This document shows positions 54,845-64,000 of a stretch of DNA of 64,000 bases, piece after piece (position 1 is the first letter of the stretch; every line of letters starts with the position of its first letter). This stretch comes from an uncultured Trueperaceae bacterium (lineage in GTDB: Bacteria; Deinococcota; Deinococci; Deinococcales; Trueperaceae). The notes beneath the pieces are model-generated. The model did no database searches. It saw only the letters and a list, made by a program, of their open reading frames with translations, and was not told the DNA's origin. The position numbers and the translations under genes are program-made. The stretch spans positions 672,001 to 736,000 of the forward strand of contig CAVSGP010000009.1 in NCBI GenBank assembly GCA_963727505.1, written 5' to 3'.

Positions 54845-56101
54845 ATGGCTTCGAATCCGAGCAGGGAGCACGTCTACCAGCACCGCTTCGACAACGGACT
54901 GTGGCTGTTGTTCGAACCGATGCCGTGGTTGCCTACGCTGAGCACGACACTGATGGTCCCGTTCGGCTCCGCCACGGACCCCGACGGGCTCGAGGGCAGC
55001 GCCTCGGTGTTGCACGACTGGATCCAGCGGGGGGCGGGCGCCCTCGACTCCCGCGCGCACTCCGACGCGCTGGAGGGGCTGGGCGTGCGGCGCGGGGGTG
55101 GAGCAGGACGCGAGATGGCGAGCCTGTCGGCTTCCTTCCTGGCGGCCGAGCTCCCCGACGTTCTGCCACTCATCGCATCGATGGCAGCCGAGCCGCGGCT
55201 CGAGGAGGCCGAGTTCGCTCCGGCGCGTGAGCTCGCCCAGCAGGAGTTGCAGTCGCTCGCCGACAATCCCACGCAGCGCCTGTTCAACGAGCTGATGGGG
55301 CGGTTCCTGGAGGACGGCCCGGGCCGCAGTCCCTTCGGCAGCGAAGCGGGGTTGGCGGCGCTGACGAGCGCGTCGGTACGCAAGGACGCTGCGCGGCGCC
55401 TGGGGCCGGGTGGCGCCATCCTGGCGCTGGCCGGGGGTGCGGACTGGGAGGCGGTGAAGGACGGCGCGGAGCGGGCCTTCGGCGCCTGGTCGGGGGAGAC
55501 GGTGTCCCTGGCCGGTCCGGTCCTGCGCGCGCCCGGTCGCGCCCACGTGCAGGCGGACTCCGCCCAGACGCAGATCGGGCTGGCGTTCCCGGCGCCGGCG
55601 CCGTCGGATCCCGATGTCTACGCCTACGACCTCGCGTTGCATGTGTTGAGCGGCAGCATGGGGGCCCGGCTCTTCACCGAGGTCCGGGAGAAGCGTGGGC
55701 TGGTCTACAGCGTGGGCGCCTCCTACCGGGCGCTCCACGGTTTCGGCTACACCCTCGGCTACGCCGGCACCACGCCGGAGCGTGCCGACGAAACGCTGCG
55801 CGTGGTGCTGGCCGAGCTCGCGAGACTGTCCGACGGTGTGGAGGCCGACGAGCTCGAGCGCGCGCGCACCGGCACCCTGTCCTCGGTGGTGATGCAGGGC
55901 GAGTCGAGCGCCGCGCGCGCCTCGCGCCTCGCCTCCGACGCCGTGCTGCAGGGCCGCGCCCGCACGCTCGAAGAGATCCGCAACGAGGTGGAGAAGGTGG
56001 ACCTGAAGCGCATCAACGACTACCTGGCCGAGCACCCCTTCCCCGATCCGACGGTGGTCACGCTCGGCCCGAAGGCGCTGGCCAGGGAGGAGGCGGCGTG
56101 A
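54845..56101 (+). CDS. M16 peptidase, non-catalytic subunit
   Basis: M16 fold motifs (NGL, RLFTEVREKRGLVY) but no HxxEH. Confidence 0.88.
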   Translation: MASNPSREHVYQHRFDNGLWLLFEPMPWLPTLSTTLMVPFGSATDPDGLEGSASVLHDWIQRGAGALDSRAHSDALEGLGVRRGGGAGREMASLSASFLAAELPDVLPLIASMAAEPRLEEAEFAPARELAQQELQSLADNPTQRLFNELMGRFLEDGPGRSPFGSEAGLAALTSASVRKDAARRLGPGGAILALAGGADWEAVKDGAERAFGAWSGETVSLAGPVLRAPGRAHVQADSAQTQIGLAFPAPAPSDPDVYAYDLALHVLSGSMGARLFTEVREKRGLVYSVGASYRALHGFGYTLGYAGTTPERADETLRVVLAELARLSDGVEADELERARTGTLSSVVMQGESSAARASRLASDAVLQGRARTLEEIRNEVEKVDLKRINDYLAEHPFPDPTVVTLGPKALAREEAA

Positions 56102-57363
56102 GCGCTCCCGCCGCCGAAGGTCTCCGGTTCGACCGGATGGTGCTCGACAACGGCCTCACCGTCGTCGGCGAGTTCAACCCCTACGCCGCGACGGTAGCCG
56201 CCGGCTATTTCGTGCGTACCGGGGCCCGCGACGAGACGCCCGAGGTCGCCGGGGTGTCGCACTTCCTCGAGCACATGATGTTCAAGGGCACGGACCGGCG
56301 CAGCGCGGCCGACATCAACCGCAGCTTCGACGAGCTGGGAGCGCAATACAACGCCTTCACGAGCGAGGAGCGCACCGTCTACTACGGGGCCCTGCTCCCC
56401 GACCGGCTTCCCAAGCTCCTCGACCTGCTGAGCGACATGATGCGGCCCGCGCTTCGCGCCGAGGATTTCGAGGTCGAGAAGAACGTCATCCTCGAGGAGA
56501 TCGCCATGTACGAGGATCGGCCTCACTTCCGCGTCTTCGAGCTCGGCGGGCAGCACTTCTGGCACGGTCACCCGCTGGGCAACAGCGTGCTCGGGGGGCA
56601 GGCATCGATCCGCGCGCTGAAGCGCGAGCAGATGCTCGCGTACTTCGGCCGGCGCTACGCGCCATCCAACCTCACGCTGGCGGTCGCGGGCGCCTACGAC
56701 TGGGAAGCGCTCACGTCGCAGGTCGGCGCGTTGACCTCCGGCTGGGAGCCGTACGACGTGACGCGGGAGTTCCCGACGCCCGACCCCGCACGCGGGGATG
56801 CGGGGACCGAGGACCCCAAGCTGGAGCGCGTCCACGCCGCCCTGTTCGCCCCGGGGCTGGCTGCCGACGACGACCGCCGCTACGCCGCCGCGGTCCTGGC
56901 CAACGTTCTGGGTGATGACAGCGGCTCGCGACTGTTCTGGAGCCTGGTGGACCGTGGTCTGGCCGACAGCGCCAGCCTTGGGCACGAAGCATCGGACGGC
57001 ACGGGCGCCTACGTGGGCTATGTGAACGCGGCCCCGGAGCGGGCGGCCGAGGTGCTCGACACGTTCCGGCGTGTCGTGGTGGGCGCGCAGGACGAACCGC
57101 TCGAACCGGCGGAGTGGCGCCGGGCGCAGCGCAAGCTGGCGACCGGCCTCACGCTGCGCGCCGAGACGCCGCTCGGCCGTCTCGTCTCGCTGGGCGTGGG
57201 CCACCAGACGCTGGGCCGCTACCAGAGCGTGCAGGAGGTCGTCGACGCCGTGATGAGCAGCTCCGTGGAGCAGGGCAGAGCGCTGCTGAATGAGCGTCCG
57301 TTCGATCGTCTGTACGTGCACACCCTGGGTCCGGGCGCGGTTCCCGGTGGTGAGCGGTCGTAG
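56098..57363 (+). CDS. M16 zinc peptidase, catalytic subunit
   Basis: SHFLEHMMFKGT, NAFTS, EKNVILEEI. Confidence 0.93.
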   Translation: MSAPAAEGLRFDRMVLDNGLTVVGEFNPYAATVAAGYFVRTGARDETPEVAGVSHFLEHMMFKGTDRRSAADINRSFDELGAQYNAFTSEERTVYYGALLPDRLPKLLDLLSDMMRPALRAEDFEVEKNVILEEIAMYEDRPHFRVFELGGQHFWHGHPLGNSVLGGQASIRALKREQMLAYFGRRYAPSNLTLAVAGAYDWEALTSQVGALTSGWEPYDVTREFPTPDPARGDAGTEDPKLERVHAALFAPGLAADDDRRYAAAVLANVLGDDSGSRLFWSLVDRGLADSASLGHEASDGTGAYVGYVNAAPERAAEVLDTFRRVVVGAQDEPLEPAEWRRAQRKLATGLTLRAETPLGRLVSLGVGHQTLGRYQSVQEVVDAVMSSSVEQGRALLNERPFDRLYVHTLGPGAVPGGERS

Positions 57364-57399
57364 ACCATCTTCATGCGGCACCCAAGTAGACTGGGGGGC

Positions 57400-58047
57400 G
57401 TGCGAGCTCTCGTCGGCGTCCTCCTGATCCTGATCATGGCGGGAGGGGCGGCGTGTGCCGAGACCGCTCCCTTCGCCGCGCTCACCGTCACGCCCGACGG
57501 CCCCCAGCGCTACGACATCACCACCGGCGTGACCACGTTGCCCCAGGGCGGCACGGTGGTCGATCAGGACACCGGCGTCACGCTGCAGGCCGCGTCCATG
57601 CAGTACGTCGAGGGCGCGAGCATCGACGCCAAGGATGCCAGCGTGTCGGGGAGCTTCGGCCGGCTCACGGCGACCTCCATCCACATCGACGTCCCGGCCG
57701 GGACGCTGCGCGCCAGCGGCGACCTGCAACTCGTCCGCGACGGGCTGACGTTGCAGGCCGATGCGCTGCGTTTCGACGCCGGCCGCCAGGTGGTCGACTT
57801 CACCGGCCCCGTGACCGGGGCGTCGCCCGACTTCCGCGCCGACCGGGTGCTGCTCGACGCCAGGAGTGGCGACGTGCTGCTCCTCGGGCAGTACCGCTTC
57901 CGCCAGGGCGCACTGACGTTGACCTCGCCGACGGGCGGGGGACGGCTCGAGCTGCACTTCCACCAGATCGATGGCAAGCCCGTCTACGACGCCGCTACCG
58001 AGGCCTCGCCCGCGTTGCTGGCGCGCTTCTCCGCCGAGCTCCGCTGA
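57400..58047 (+). CDS. Exported beta-jellyroll (LptA/OstA-like) protein
   Basis: Signal peptide and repeated TLQAxxxxY/FD...GxV beta motifs. TAGACT lies 7 nt before GTG 57400; ATG 57373 is the alternative. Confidence 0.6.
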   Translation: MRALVGVLLILIMAGGAACAETAPFAALTVTPDGPQRYDITTGVTTLPQGGTVVDQDTGVTLQAASMQYVEGASIDAKDASVSGSFGRLTATSIHIDVPAGTLRASGDLQLVRDGLTLQADALRFDAGRQVVDFTGPVTGASPDFRADRVLLDARSGDVLLLGQYRFRQGALTLTSPTGGGRLELHFHQIDGKPVYDAATEASPALLARFSAELR

Positions 58048-58059
58048 GCGCCGTACCGG

Positions 58060-60222
58060 ATGCGGCGCACCCGGTACCCCCTCGTTCTCCTGCTGCTGCT
58101 CGTTGCCGGCGCGGCGTCGGCGCAGTGCGAGCGGGGCCCCACCACGTCCGAGCTGTCGATCCGCGGCTTCGGGGCGGCATACTTCCAGCAGGTCCGCACC
58201 GACAGCGCCAACGACAGCGTCGAGTTCTACGGCGGCGTGTGCCTGACGGGGGAGGGGGTGGGATGGACGGTGCTGGCCGATCGGGTGACCATCCGGGGTC
58301 TGAGCGGCCAACTCGCGGTCAGCGCGCAGAGCCCGACCCTCCACCTGGAGGGCTGGACGCTGACGGCGTCCGATCTCCACGCCGATCGCCGCGAGCTCAC
58401 GATGAACGTCGTCCAGGTCGAAGGGAAGGACGTGGGCGGTACCGCCTCGAAGGTGACGGTCGATCTGCAGCAGGGCACGATGCAGCTCGATCAGGCGGCA
58501 CTGCGGGGCCCCACCTTCTCGGTTCGCGGCACGCGCGCCACGGTCACCTCGGACACCGTCACGCTCGACCAGCCCCTGATCACCACCTGCACCTGCGCCG
58601 GACCTCCCCTGTACGACGTGCGGGGGAGGTCCGCGCGGCTCGACTTGCGGAGTCAGAGCGTGGTGCTGCAGGATGGCCGTCTGAACGCGGGCCCCGTGAC
58701 GCTACCGCTCAGCGCGTCGCTCACGCTCTCCGAGAAGACGCTCAAGGATCTGAGCGTCCCCGTGAAGGTGAGTTACGTTCCGAGCGACGCCGCAGCCGGT
58801 GTCACCGGGACCGGGCTCGGGGTCACCGTGGGCCCGGTGGGCTTGGGGCCGGGGGTGCGCGCCGACGTGGGTGTGACCGGTCTGGACGCTGCATATCCGC
58901 TCTCCGGCGTCGCCCTGATGACGGGGAAGGCGGCCGGCGACGCCTTCAGCTTCGGCAAGGCCCCGGGCGGCCTGCGCTTCGAGATGACCAGCGATCACCC
59001 CCTGCTGCCGTGGCTCGACGCCGGATTCGACACCCGCGTGCTCGAGCCGGGGAACCACGACACCCTCCGCGAGGGTGTGCTCCACCTGCGCGCCCACACG
59101 CCGCTACCTTCGCTCCACGGCGTCGCCGCACTGCAACTGATCGCGGCCGGCTCGTCGCAGGCGCCCGGCGCCGGCCCCGTCGCCGGCGCGCGCCTCGGTG
59201 CCACGGGCTCGCTTCGGGTGGCCACGGCGCCGGCGCCGTGGGGCCGGGTGACATTCCGGACCGTCCTCAGCGGGAGCCTGTACCCCGACCAGCGAGCGTC
59301 GCAATGGGGAGTCGAGCTGCAACCGGGGTACGGCGTGCGTGTGGGGCCCGCACAGATCGACATCGGTTACCTGGCGCGCTTCACCGACAGCGGATCACCC
59401 TTCACGACCACGCTCGACCGGCTGGAGCCGGTGCAGCGCCCCAGCCTGAACGTCAGCGTCAAGGGTGCCTGGGACCCCGGCTGGAGCGCGTCGGCGACCC
59501 TCGCGGCGAGCTACGATCTCGTGGCCGCGCCATCGGTCGACACGGGGCCCAACCGGCTCCAGGTGAGCGTGTCCGTGGTGCGCCAGCTCGGGGCGTGGCG
59601 CGTGAGCACCGGCCTCGACGGCGCGCTTCAGGGCGTGCTCGCGCCCAACGGCGAACGCGACGGCTATCTGCAGGGCAGCGTGAGCGTGGCCGACGGAGGT
59701 CTGGACTTCGGCGCGCGCGCCCGCTACACCTGGGCGCCCGACCCCGTCGGTCTCGATCGCCTGGAGCTGAGTGCGGCCGTGCCGATCGAGCTCCCCGGCG
59801 TCGAGCTCAAGCCCTACCTGGCGCTGAACTTCGCGCCGACCCTGACGGGCGGAGCCCTGCCCACCATCAGCGGGCACGGGCTCGACCTCACCTTCGTGAC
59901 CTGCTGTGGTGCGCTACAACTCGGCTACCGCGATCAGGACGGGACCTGGAGTGTGTCCGTCTCGGTCGACCTGCAGCGTCGAGCGGTCGGCAGCGCCCAG
60001 GCGACCGGTTCCGGATGCGCTGGCCCGAGGGCCGGGCCTTCGACGCTCGCGGTCGCCGGGAGCGGAGGCGCGACCTGCGAGGCCGGGTCGGCGGCCGGGA
60101 CCCCGCGCACGACCACCCCCGGGTCCACGAACGGGTCCACCACTGCGTCCACCACCGAGTCCACCACTGCGTCCGGCACGGGTATCATGGCCGGAGCCGC
60201 GGCCGGCACGCCCCCACCATGA
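58060..60222 (+). CDS. LptD-like outer membrane protein
   Basis: Signal peptide, jellyroll-like N-terminus with TTCTC..P.Y, beta-barrel-like C-terminus with TCCG; next to an lptF/G-like gene. Confidence 0.6.
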   Translation: MRRTRYPLVLLLLLVAGAASAQCERGPTTSELSIRGFGAAYFQQVRTDSANDSVEFYGGVCLTGEGVGWTVLADRVTIRGLSGQLAVSAQSPTLHLEGWTLTASDLHADRRELTMNVVQVEGKDVGGTASKVTVDLQQGTMQLDQAALRGPTFSVRGTRATVTSDTVTLDQPLITTCTCAGPPLYDVRGRSARLDLRSQSVVLQDGRLNAGPVTLPLSASLTLSEKTLKDLSVPVKVSYVPSDAAAGVTGTGLGVTVGPVGLGPGVRADVGVTGLDAAYPLSGVALMTGKAAGDAFSFGKAPGGLRFEMTSDHPLLPWLDAGFDTRVLEPGNHDTLREGVLHLRAHTPLPSLHGVAALQLIAAGSSQAPGAGPVAGARLGATGSLRVATAPAPWGRVTFRTVLSGSLYPDQRASQWGVELQPGYGVRVGPAQIDIGYLARFTDSGSPFTTTLDRLEPVQRPSLNVSVKGAWDPGWSASATLAASYDLVAAPSVDTGPNRLQVSVSVVRQLGAWRVSTGLDGALQGVLAPNGERDGYLQGSVSVADGGLDFGARARYTWAPDPVGLDRLELSAAVPIELPGVELKPYLALNFAPTLTGGALPTISGHGLDLTFVTCCGALQLGYRDQDGTWSVSVSVDLQRRAVGSAQATGSGCAGPRAGPSTLAVAGSGGATCEAGSAAGTPRTTTPGSTNGSTTASTTESTTASGTGIMAGAAAGTPPP
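60108..60175 (+). repeat. Imperfect 12-nt tandem repeat encoding STT(A/E) in the LptD-like tail
   Basis: tccacgaacggg-tccaccactgcg-tccaccaccgag-tccaccactgcg. Confidence 0.6.
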
Positions 60223-60299
60223 AGCCGCTGTCTCGGAGGCGCAGGTGGTGACGGCGGGCGGCCAGCGCCCGAGCCGGGGCTCGAGGGACGCCACCTGAC

Positions 60300-61427
60300 G
60301 TGACGAGGATCGACCGCTACCTGCTTCGCGAGAGCGTGCCGCCGCTGCTGTTCGGGCTGCTGCTCTACGCCGGTCTGGCCGTGATCAGCACCACCTTGCC
60401 ACGGCTGCAGTGGGTGGTCGGCACGCCCATCCTGCGGCTGGCGGGCTGGCTGGCGCTGCAACTCCCTACGGCCATGGAGCAGACGCTGCCGATCGCGCTG
60501 GTGCTGGCCGTGCTGCTGGCGTTCGGGCGGCTCGGAACGGACAACGAGTTGCTGGCCATGCAGGCGGGAACGGTCTCGCTGCTGCGCACGAGCGCGGTGT
60601 TCATCGCGGCCGGCCTGGTGGCCGCGGGCGGCGCGCTGGCGCTCAACCAGTGGGTGCTGCCCACCACCAACGGGATGGTCGCCGAGCAGTACTGGCGGCT
60701 CACGGCGGGTTCGAGCGGGCTGTTCCGGCTGGCGGGCCAGAACGTCCCGGTCGGCGACTTCACGCTGCGGTTCCAGAACGCGAACAGGGCCGACGACACC
60801 ATGCTCGGCGTTCGGGTCGAGCGCTGGAACGGCCAGAAGCTCACGCTACTGCGGGCCAGGAGCGCCACCTTCCGCGGCACCGACCTGGTGCTCAAGGGTT
60901 ACGACCTCACCGTTCTCGACTTCTCTGCGCTCGACGCCGTGCAGGGCGATCCGAGGCAGGCACTGTCGCAGCTCGTGCGGGTGCTCAACCGTCCCAGCGA
61001 CCCCGCCGCCACCCTCACCCTCACCACGTCGTTGACGGAGAAGGACCTCATCAGCCGCTTCAGCCGGGGGGGCTTCGAGGACAGCCGCTCCATCGCCGGC
61101 GCCTGGCGAGACGCGCACGACGCCAGCCTCTCGTATCACGACCGGCGTCAGGCGGCGGTGCTGTTCCAGCGCATGCTGGCCGAGCCCTTCGCCAACCTGA
61201 CGCTGTTGCTGGTGGCCATCCCGCTGGCGCTGCTCTACGCCGGGAGCCGGGGGGTGGCGTTCGGCCTGTCGCTGGTGGTGACGCTGGTGTGGTACGTGCT
61301 GCTGACCTTCGGACAGCTGTTCTCGCAGACGGGAGCATTGCCCGTGTGGCTGGGCCCGTGGCTCGGTAACCTGGTGCTTGCGGCCGTCGGAGCCTTCCTG
61401 CTGACCCGGCGCGTGCGTCTGCGCTAG
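60300..61427 (+). CDS. LptF/LptG family permease
   Basis: IDRYLLRE, LPIALVLAVLLAFGRL..DNELLAMQAG.VS, W..N.V. Confidence 0.88.
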   Translation: MTRIDRYLLRESVPPLLFGLLLYAGLAVISTTLPRLQWVVGTPILRLAGWLALQLPTAMEQTLPIALVLAVLLAFGRLGTDNELLAMQAGTVSLLRTSAVFIAAGLVAAGGALALNQWVLPTTNGMVAEQYWRLTAGSSGLFRLAGQNVPVGDFTLRFQNANRADDTMLGVRVERWNGQKLTLLRARSATFRGTDLVLKGYDLTVLDFSALDAVQGDPRQALSQLVRVLNRPSDPAATLTLTTSLTEKDLISRFSRGGFEDSRSIAGAWRDAHDASLSYHDRRQAAVLFQRMLAEPFANLTLLLVAIPLALLYAGSRGVAFGLSLVVTLVWYVLLTFGQLFSQTGALPVWLGPWLGNLVLAAVGAFLLTRRVRLR

Positions 61428-61505
61428 CGCGGCGCGGTTGCCGACGCGTGTCCGTCGGGCCCGGCGCGGGAAAAGCGTCCCCCTGGTGATAGACTGATAC
61501 GCCTA

Positions 61506-63698
61506 ATGGATGGGCTCCTGGCCAGCCTCGACGCCGCCACCGACTACCTCACGCCCGTGGACCGCGATCGCGTCTCGGAAGCCTTCCGGTTCGCCGACGA
61601 GGCCCATCGCGGCATGAAGCGGCGCTCGGGGGAGGCGTACATCACCCACCCCGTGGCGGTGACCGCCCTGTTGGCGGAGATGCACCTCGACGTCAACGCC
61701 CTGATGGCGGGTCTGCTCCACGACACCGTCGAGGACACCCCGGCCACCCTGGAGCAGATCGAGCAGCACTTCGGCGAGCCGGTGCGCCGCATCGTCGAGG
61801 GCGAGACCAAGATCAGCAAGCTCGCCGTGCGCGTCTACGAGGACGAGCAGTCGGAGAACTTGCGCCAGATGCTGCTCGCCATGGTGTCCGACGCGCGCAT
61901 CATCCTGGTCAAGCTCGCCGACCGGCTGCACAACATGCGCACGCTGGCCAGCATGCCGCCGGCGAAACAGCAGCGCATCAGCAAGGAGACGCTCGAGATC
62001 TTCGCGCCGCTGGCGCACCGGCTGGGCATCAACCACATCAAGAACGAGCTCGAGGACCTGAGCTTCTACTACCTCGAGCCGGAACGCTACCGGCAGCTCG
62101 AGCGGCAGGTGCGCATGCGCCACGCCGAGCGCGAGGCGTACGTGCAGGAGTCGATCGAGTTGCTCGCCGAGCGCCTGAAGTGGGAGGGGCTCACCTCCGA
62201 GCTCTCGGGCCGCAGCAAGCACCTGTACAGCATCTACCGCAAGATGCAGCGCGACAACAAGAACCTCGACCAGATCTTCGACCTGATGGCCATCCGCGCC
62301 ATCCTCGCGCCCGACAAGCCGATGCCGGGGATGGCGCCCGAGGACGCCGAGAAGGCCGTGTGCTACCGGGCGCTCGGCCTCGTGCACAGCCTGTGGACGC
62401 CGATCCCCGGGCGCTTCAAGGACTACGTGGCGGTCCCCAAGCCCAACGGCTACCAGTCGCTGCACACCACCGTCATCGGCCTGCTGGGGCAGCCCATCGA
62501 GGTGCAGATCCGCACCCACCGCATGCACGAGGTGGCCGAGTTCGGGGTCGCGGCGCACTGGGCCTACAAGCAGGGTATCGACGACACCGACGAGGTCAAG
62601 AAGCGCCTGGAATGGATGAAGCAGCTCCTCGAGGTCGACACCACCTCCGAGGACGCCGGCGCCTTCGTCGACGCGGTCAAGAACGACTACCTGGCCGAGC
62701 GCGTGCTGGTGTTCACGCCGGCGGGCGACGTGGTGAACCTGCCGCGTGGCAGCACCCCCATCGACTTCGCCTACCAGGTGCACACGCAGGTCGGCCACCG
62801 CTGCATCGGCGCGCGCGTCAACGGTGAGATCGTGCCGCTCGGCTACGAGCTGCAGACCGGCGACCGGGTCGAGATCCTGACCAACCGCAGCAGCCAGTAC
62901 GGGCCCTCCAGCGGCTGGCTCAACACCGTCGTGACGCGGAGCGCCAAGCAGAAGATCCGCCACTACTTCCGGCAGCAGGAGCGGCAGGGCAACCTGGAGT
63001 CGGGCAAGCGGGCGCTGGAGCGCGCCCTGCGCCGCAGGCAACTGCCGCTGGGATCGCTCACCACCAAGGCGAAGCTCGAGAGCGCGGCGCGCAAGCTGCT
63101 CAATTCCGATTCCGCCGACGACCTCTACCTGGCGATCGAGAACCACCGCATGCCGGTGAAGCAGGTCGTCGAGACGCTGGCCCCCGACCAGGTCAAGGAG
63201 CGCAAGCCCTCGCAGCCCGCACCGGGGGAGCGGAAGAGCGTCAGCGGCGTCTACGTCGACGGCCTCGACGCGCCGGCCAAGCTCGCCCAGTGCTGCTCGC
63301 CGGTGCGCGGCGACGACGTCGTGGGCTACATCACGCGCGGCCGCGGCATCACGGTGCACCGCGTGGACTGCCCCAACGTCAAGCACCTGATGGTGACCGA
63401 GAGCGAGCGCTTCGTCAACGTGACCTGGGACGTGCCCTCGGGCGAGGTGTTCGCCGTCGATTTCGAGGTCGTCGCCGTCGACCGGCCGGGGTTGCTCAAG
63501 GACGTTCTCGACGTGATCGGCGGCATGAACAAGAGCGCCACGCGGGTGACGGCGGACGTGCAGAGCGCCTCGAAGGCCCGCATCCACTTCCGGGTCGACG
63601 TGAAGGACCAGAGCGAGATCGAGTTCATCAAGGACAACGTGGCGCGCATCACCGACGTGTCGCAGGTGTACCGGGCGAAGCCGGGGTTGAAGGCGTGA
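61506..63698 (+). CDS. rel: Bifunctional (p)ppGpp synthetase/hydrolase Rel
   Basis: RRSGEAYITHP, LLHDTVED, KPNGYQSLHT, EVQIRT, TGS (TPIDFAY), CC..H..DC and ACT (DRPGLL). Confidence 0.97.
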   Translation: MDGLLASLDAATDYLTPVDRDRVSEAFRFADEAHRGMKRRSGEAYITHPVAVTALLAEMHLDVNALMAGLLHDTVEDTPATLEQIEQHFGEPVRRIVEGETKISKLAVRVYEDEQSENLRQMLLAMVSDARIILVKLADRLHNMRTLASMPPAKQQRISKETLEIFAPLAHRLGINHIKNELEDLSFYYLEPERYRQLERQVRMRHAEREAYVQESIELLAERLKWEGLTSELSGRSKHLYSIYRKMQRDNKNLDQIFDLMAIRAILAPDKPMPGMAPEDAEKAVCYRALGLVHSLWTPIPGRFKDYVAVPKPNGYQSLHTTVIGLLGQPIEVQIRTHRMHEVAEFGVAAHWAYKQGIDDTDEVKKRLEWMKQLLEVDTTSEDAGAFVDAVKNDYLAERVLVFTPAGDVVNLPRGSTPIDFAYQVHTQVGHRCIGARVNGEIVPLGYELQTGDRVEILTNRSSQYGPSSGWLNTVVTRSAKQKIRHYFRQQERQGNLESGKRALERALRRRQLPLGSLTTKAKLESAARKLLNSDSADDLYLAIENHRMPVKQVVETLAPDQVKERKPSQPAPGERKSVSGVYVDGLDAPAKLAQCCSPVRGDDVVGYITRGRGITVHRVDCPNVKHLMVTESERFVNVTWDVPSGEVFAVDFEVVAVDRPGLLKDVLDVIGGMNKSATRVTADVQSASKARIHFRVDVKDQSEIEFIKDNVARITDVSQVYRAKPGLKA

Positions 63699-63802
63699 GG
63701 TGGCCCGCTGGATCGCAGCTTGGGGCGGGTAGACCGGTCTATATCTTGCGCGCCGATGCGTCGCTCACGGGCTCGGTCGCCGCGGTGCTACGGTAGGCGG
63801 CG

Positions 63803-64000
63803 ATGTCCGAGAGCGTCAGCATCCTGTTCGTGTGCATGGGCAACATCTGCCGTTCGCCGATGGCGCACGGCGTCTTCCGGCGTCTCGTGGACGAGGCCGG
63901 CCTGGCCGACCGCGTCGTCCTCGACTCGGCCGGCACCATCGACTATCACGCAGGCGAGCCGCCCGACCGGCGGGCGATCGCGACGGCCGGCGGACGCGGC
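63803..64000 (+). CDS. Low-molecular-weight protein tyrosine phosphatase (3'-truncated)
   Basis: [27 protein letters not shown]. Confidence 0.92.
   Translation, partial: MSESVSILFVCMGNICRSPMAHGVFRRLVDEAGLADRVVLDSAGTIDYHAGEPPDRRAIATAGGRG

Noticed and set aside
54845..56101. Pseudogenised M16 peptidase
   Set aside because: Intact ORF; a non-catalytic partner next to an HxxEH subunit is the usual M16B arrangement.
60108..60175. CRISPR-like or mobile repeat
   Set aside because: Short in-frame coding tandem repeat without spacers; no cas genes in the window.

Overview
High-GC bacterial chromosome segment. Gene content points to Deinococcota (probably Trueperaceae-like): ComZ with three minor pilins, pilMNOWQ next to aroC, a short IF2, a giant TamB, a PlsY fusion and many leaderless-type promoters. 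It is mostly core genome: competence/type IV pilus genes, aroCKBQ, ftsH, dnaB, prmA, secDF, rimP-nusA-ylxR-infB, pheST, glmS, glgA, ctpA, an ABC exporter, tamB, acyP, trpC, an M16 peptidase pair, Lpt-like genes, rel and an LMW phosphatase. I found no CRISPR array, rRNA, tRNA or mobile element. The most interesting signals are small and regulatory: (1) a signal-peptide-bearing uORF upstream of secDF whose last codons pair with sequence abutting the secDF SD, a candidate new secretion-monitoring arrest peptide; (2) a leaderless 11-codon Phe leader peptide plus terminator upstream of pheST; (3) a glmS ribozyme-like RNA with a ~125-nt structured insertion in its core; (4) a PlsY-acyl-ACP-reductase-like fusion; (5) a structured leader before a class V aminotransferase. 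Frameshifts cluster in the first 6 kb and are probably sequencing errors. All family assignments come from motif recognition by eye; no database search was run.
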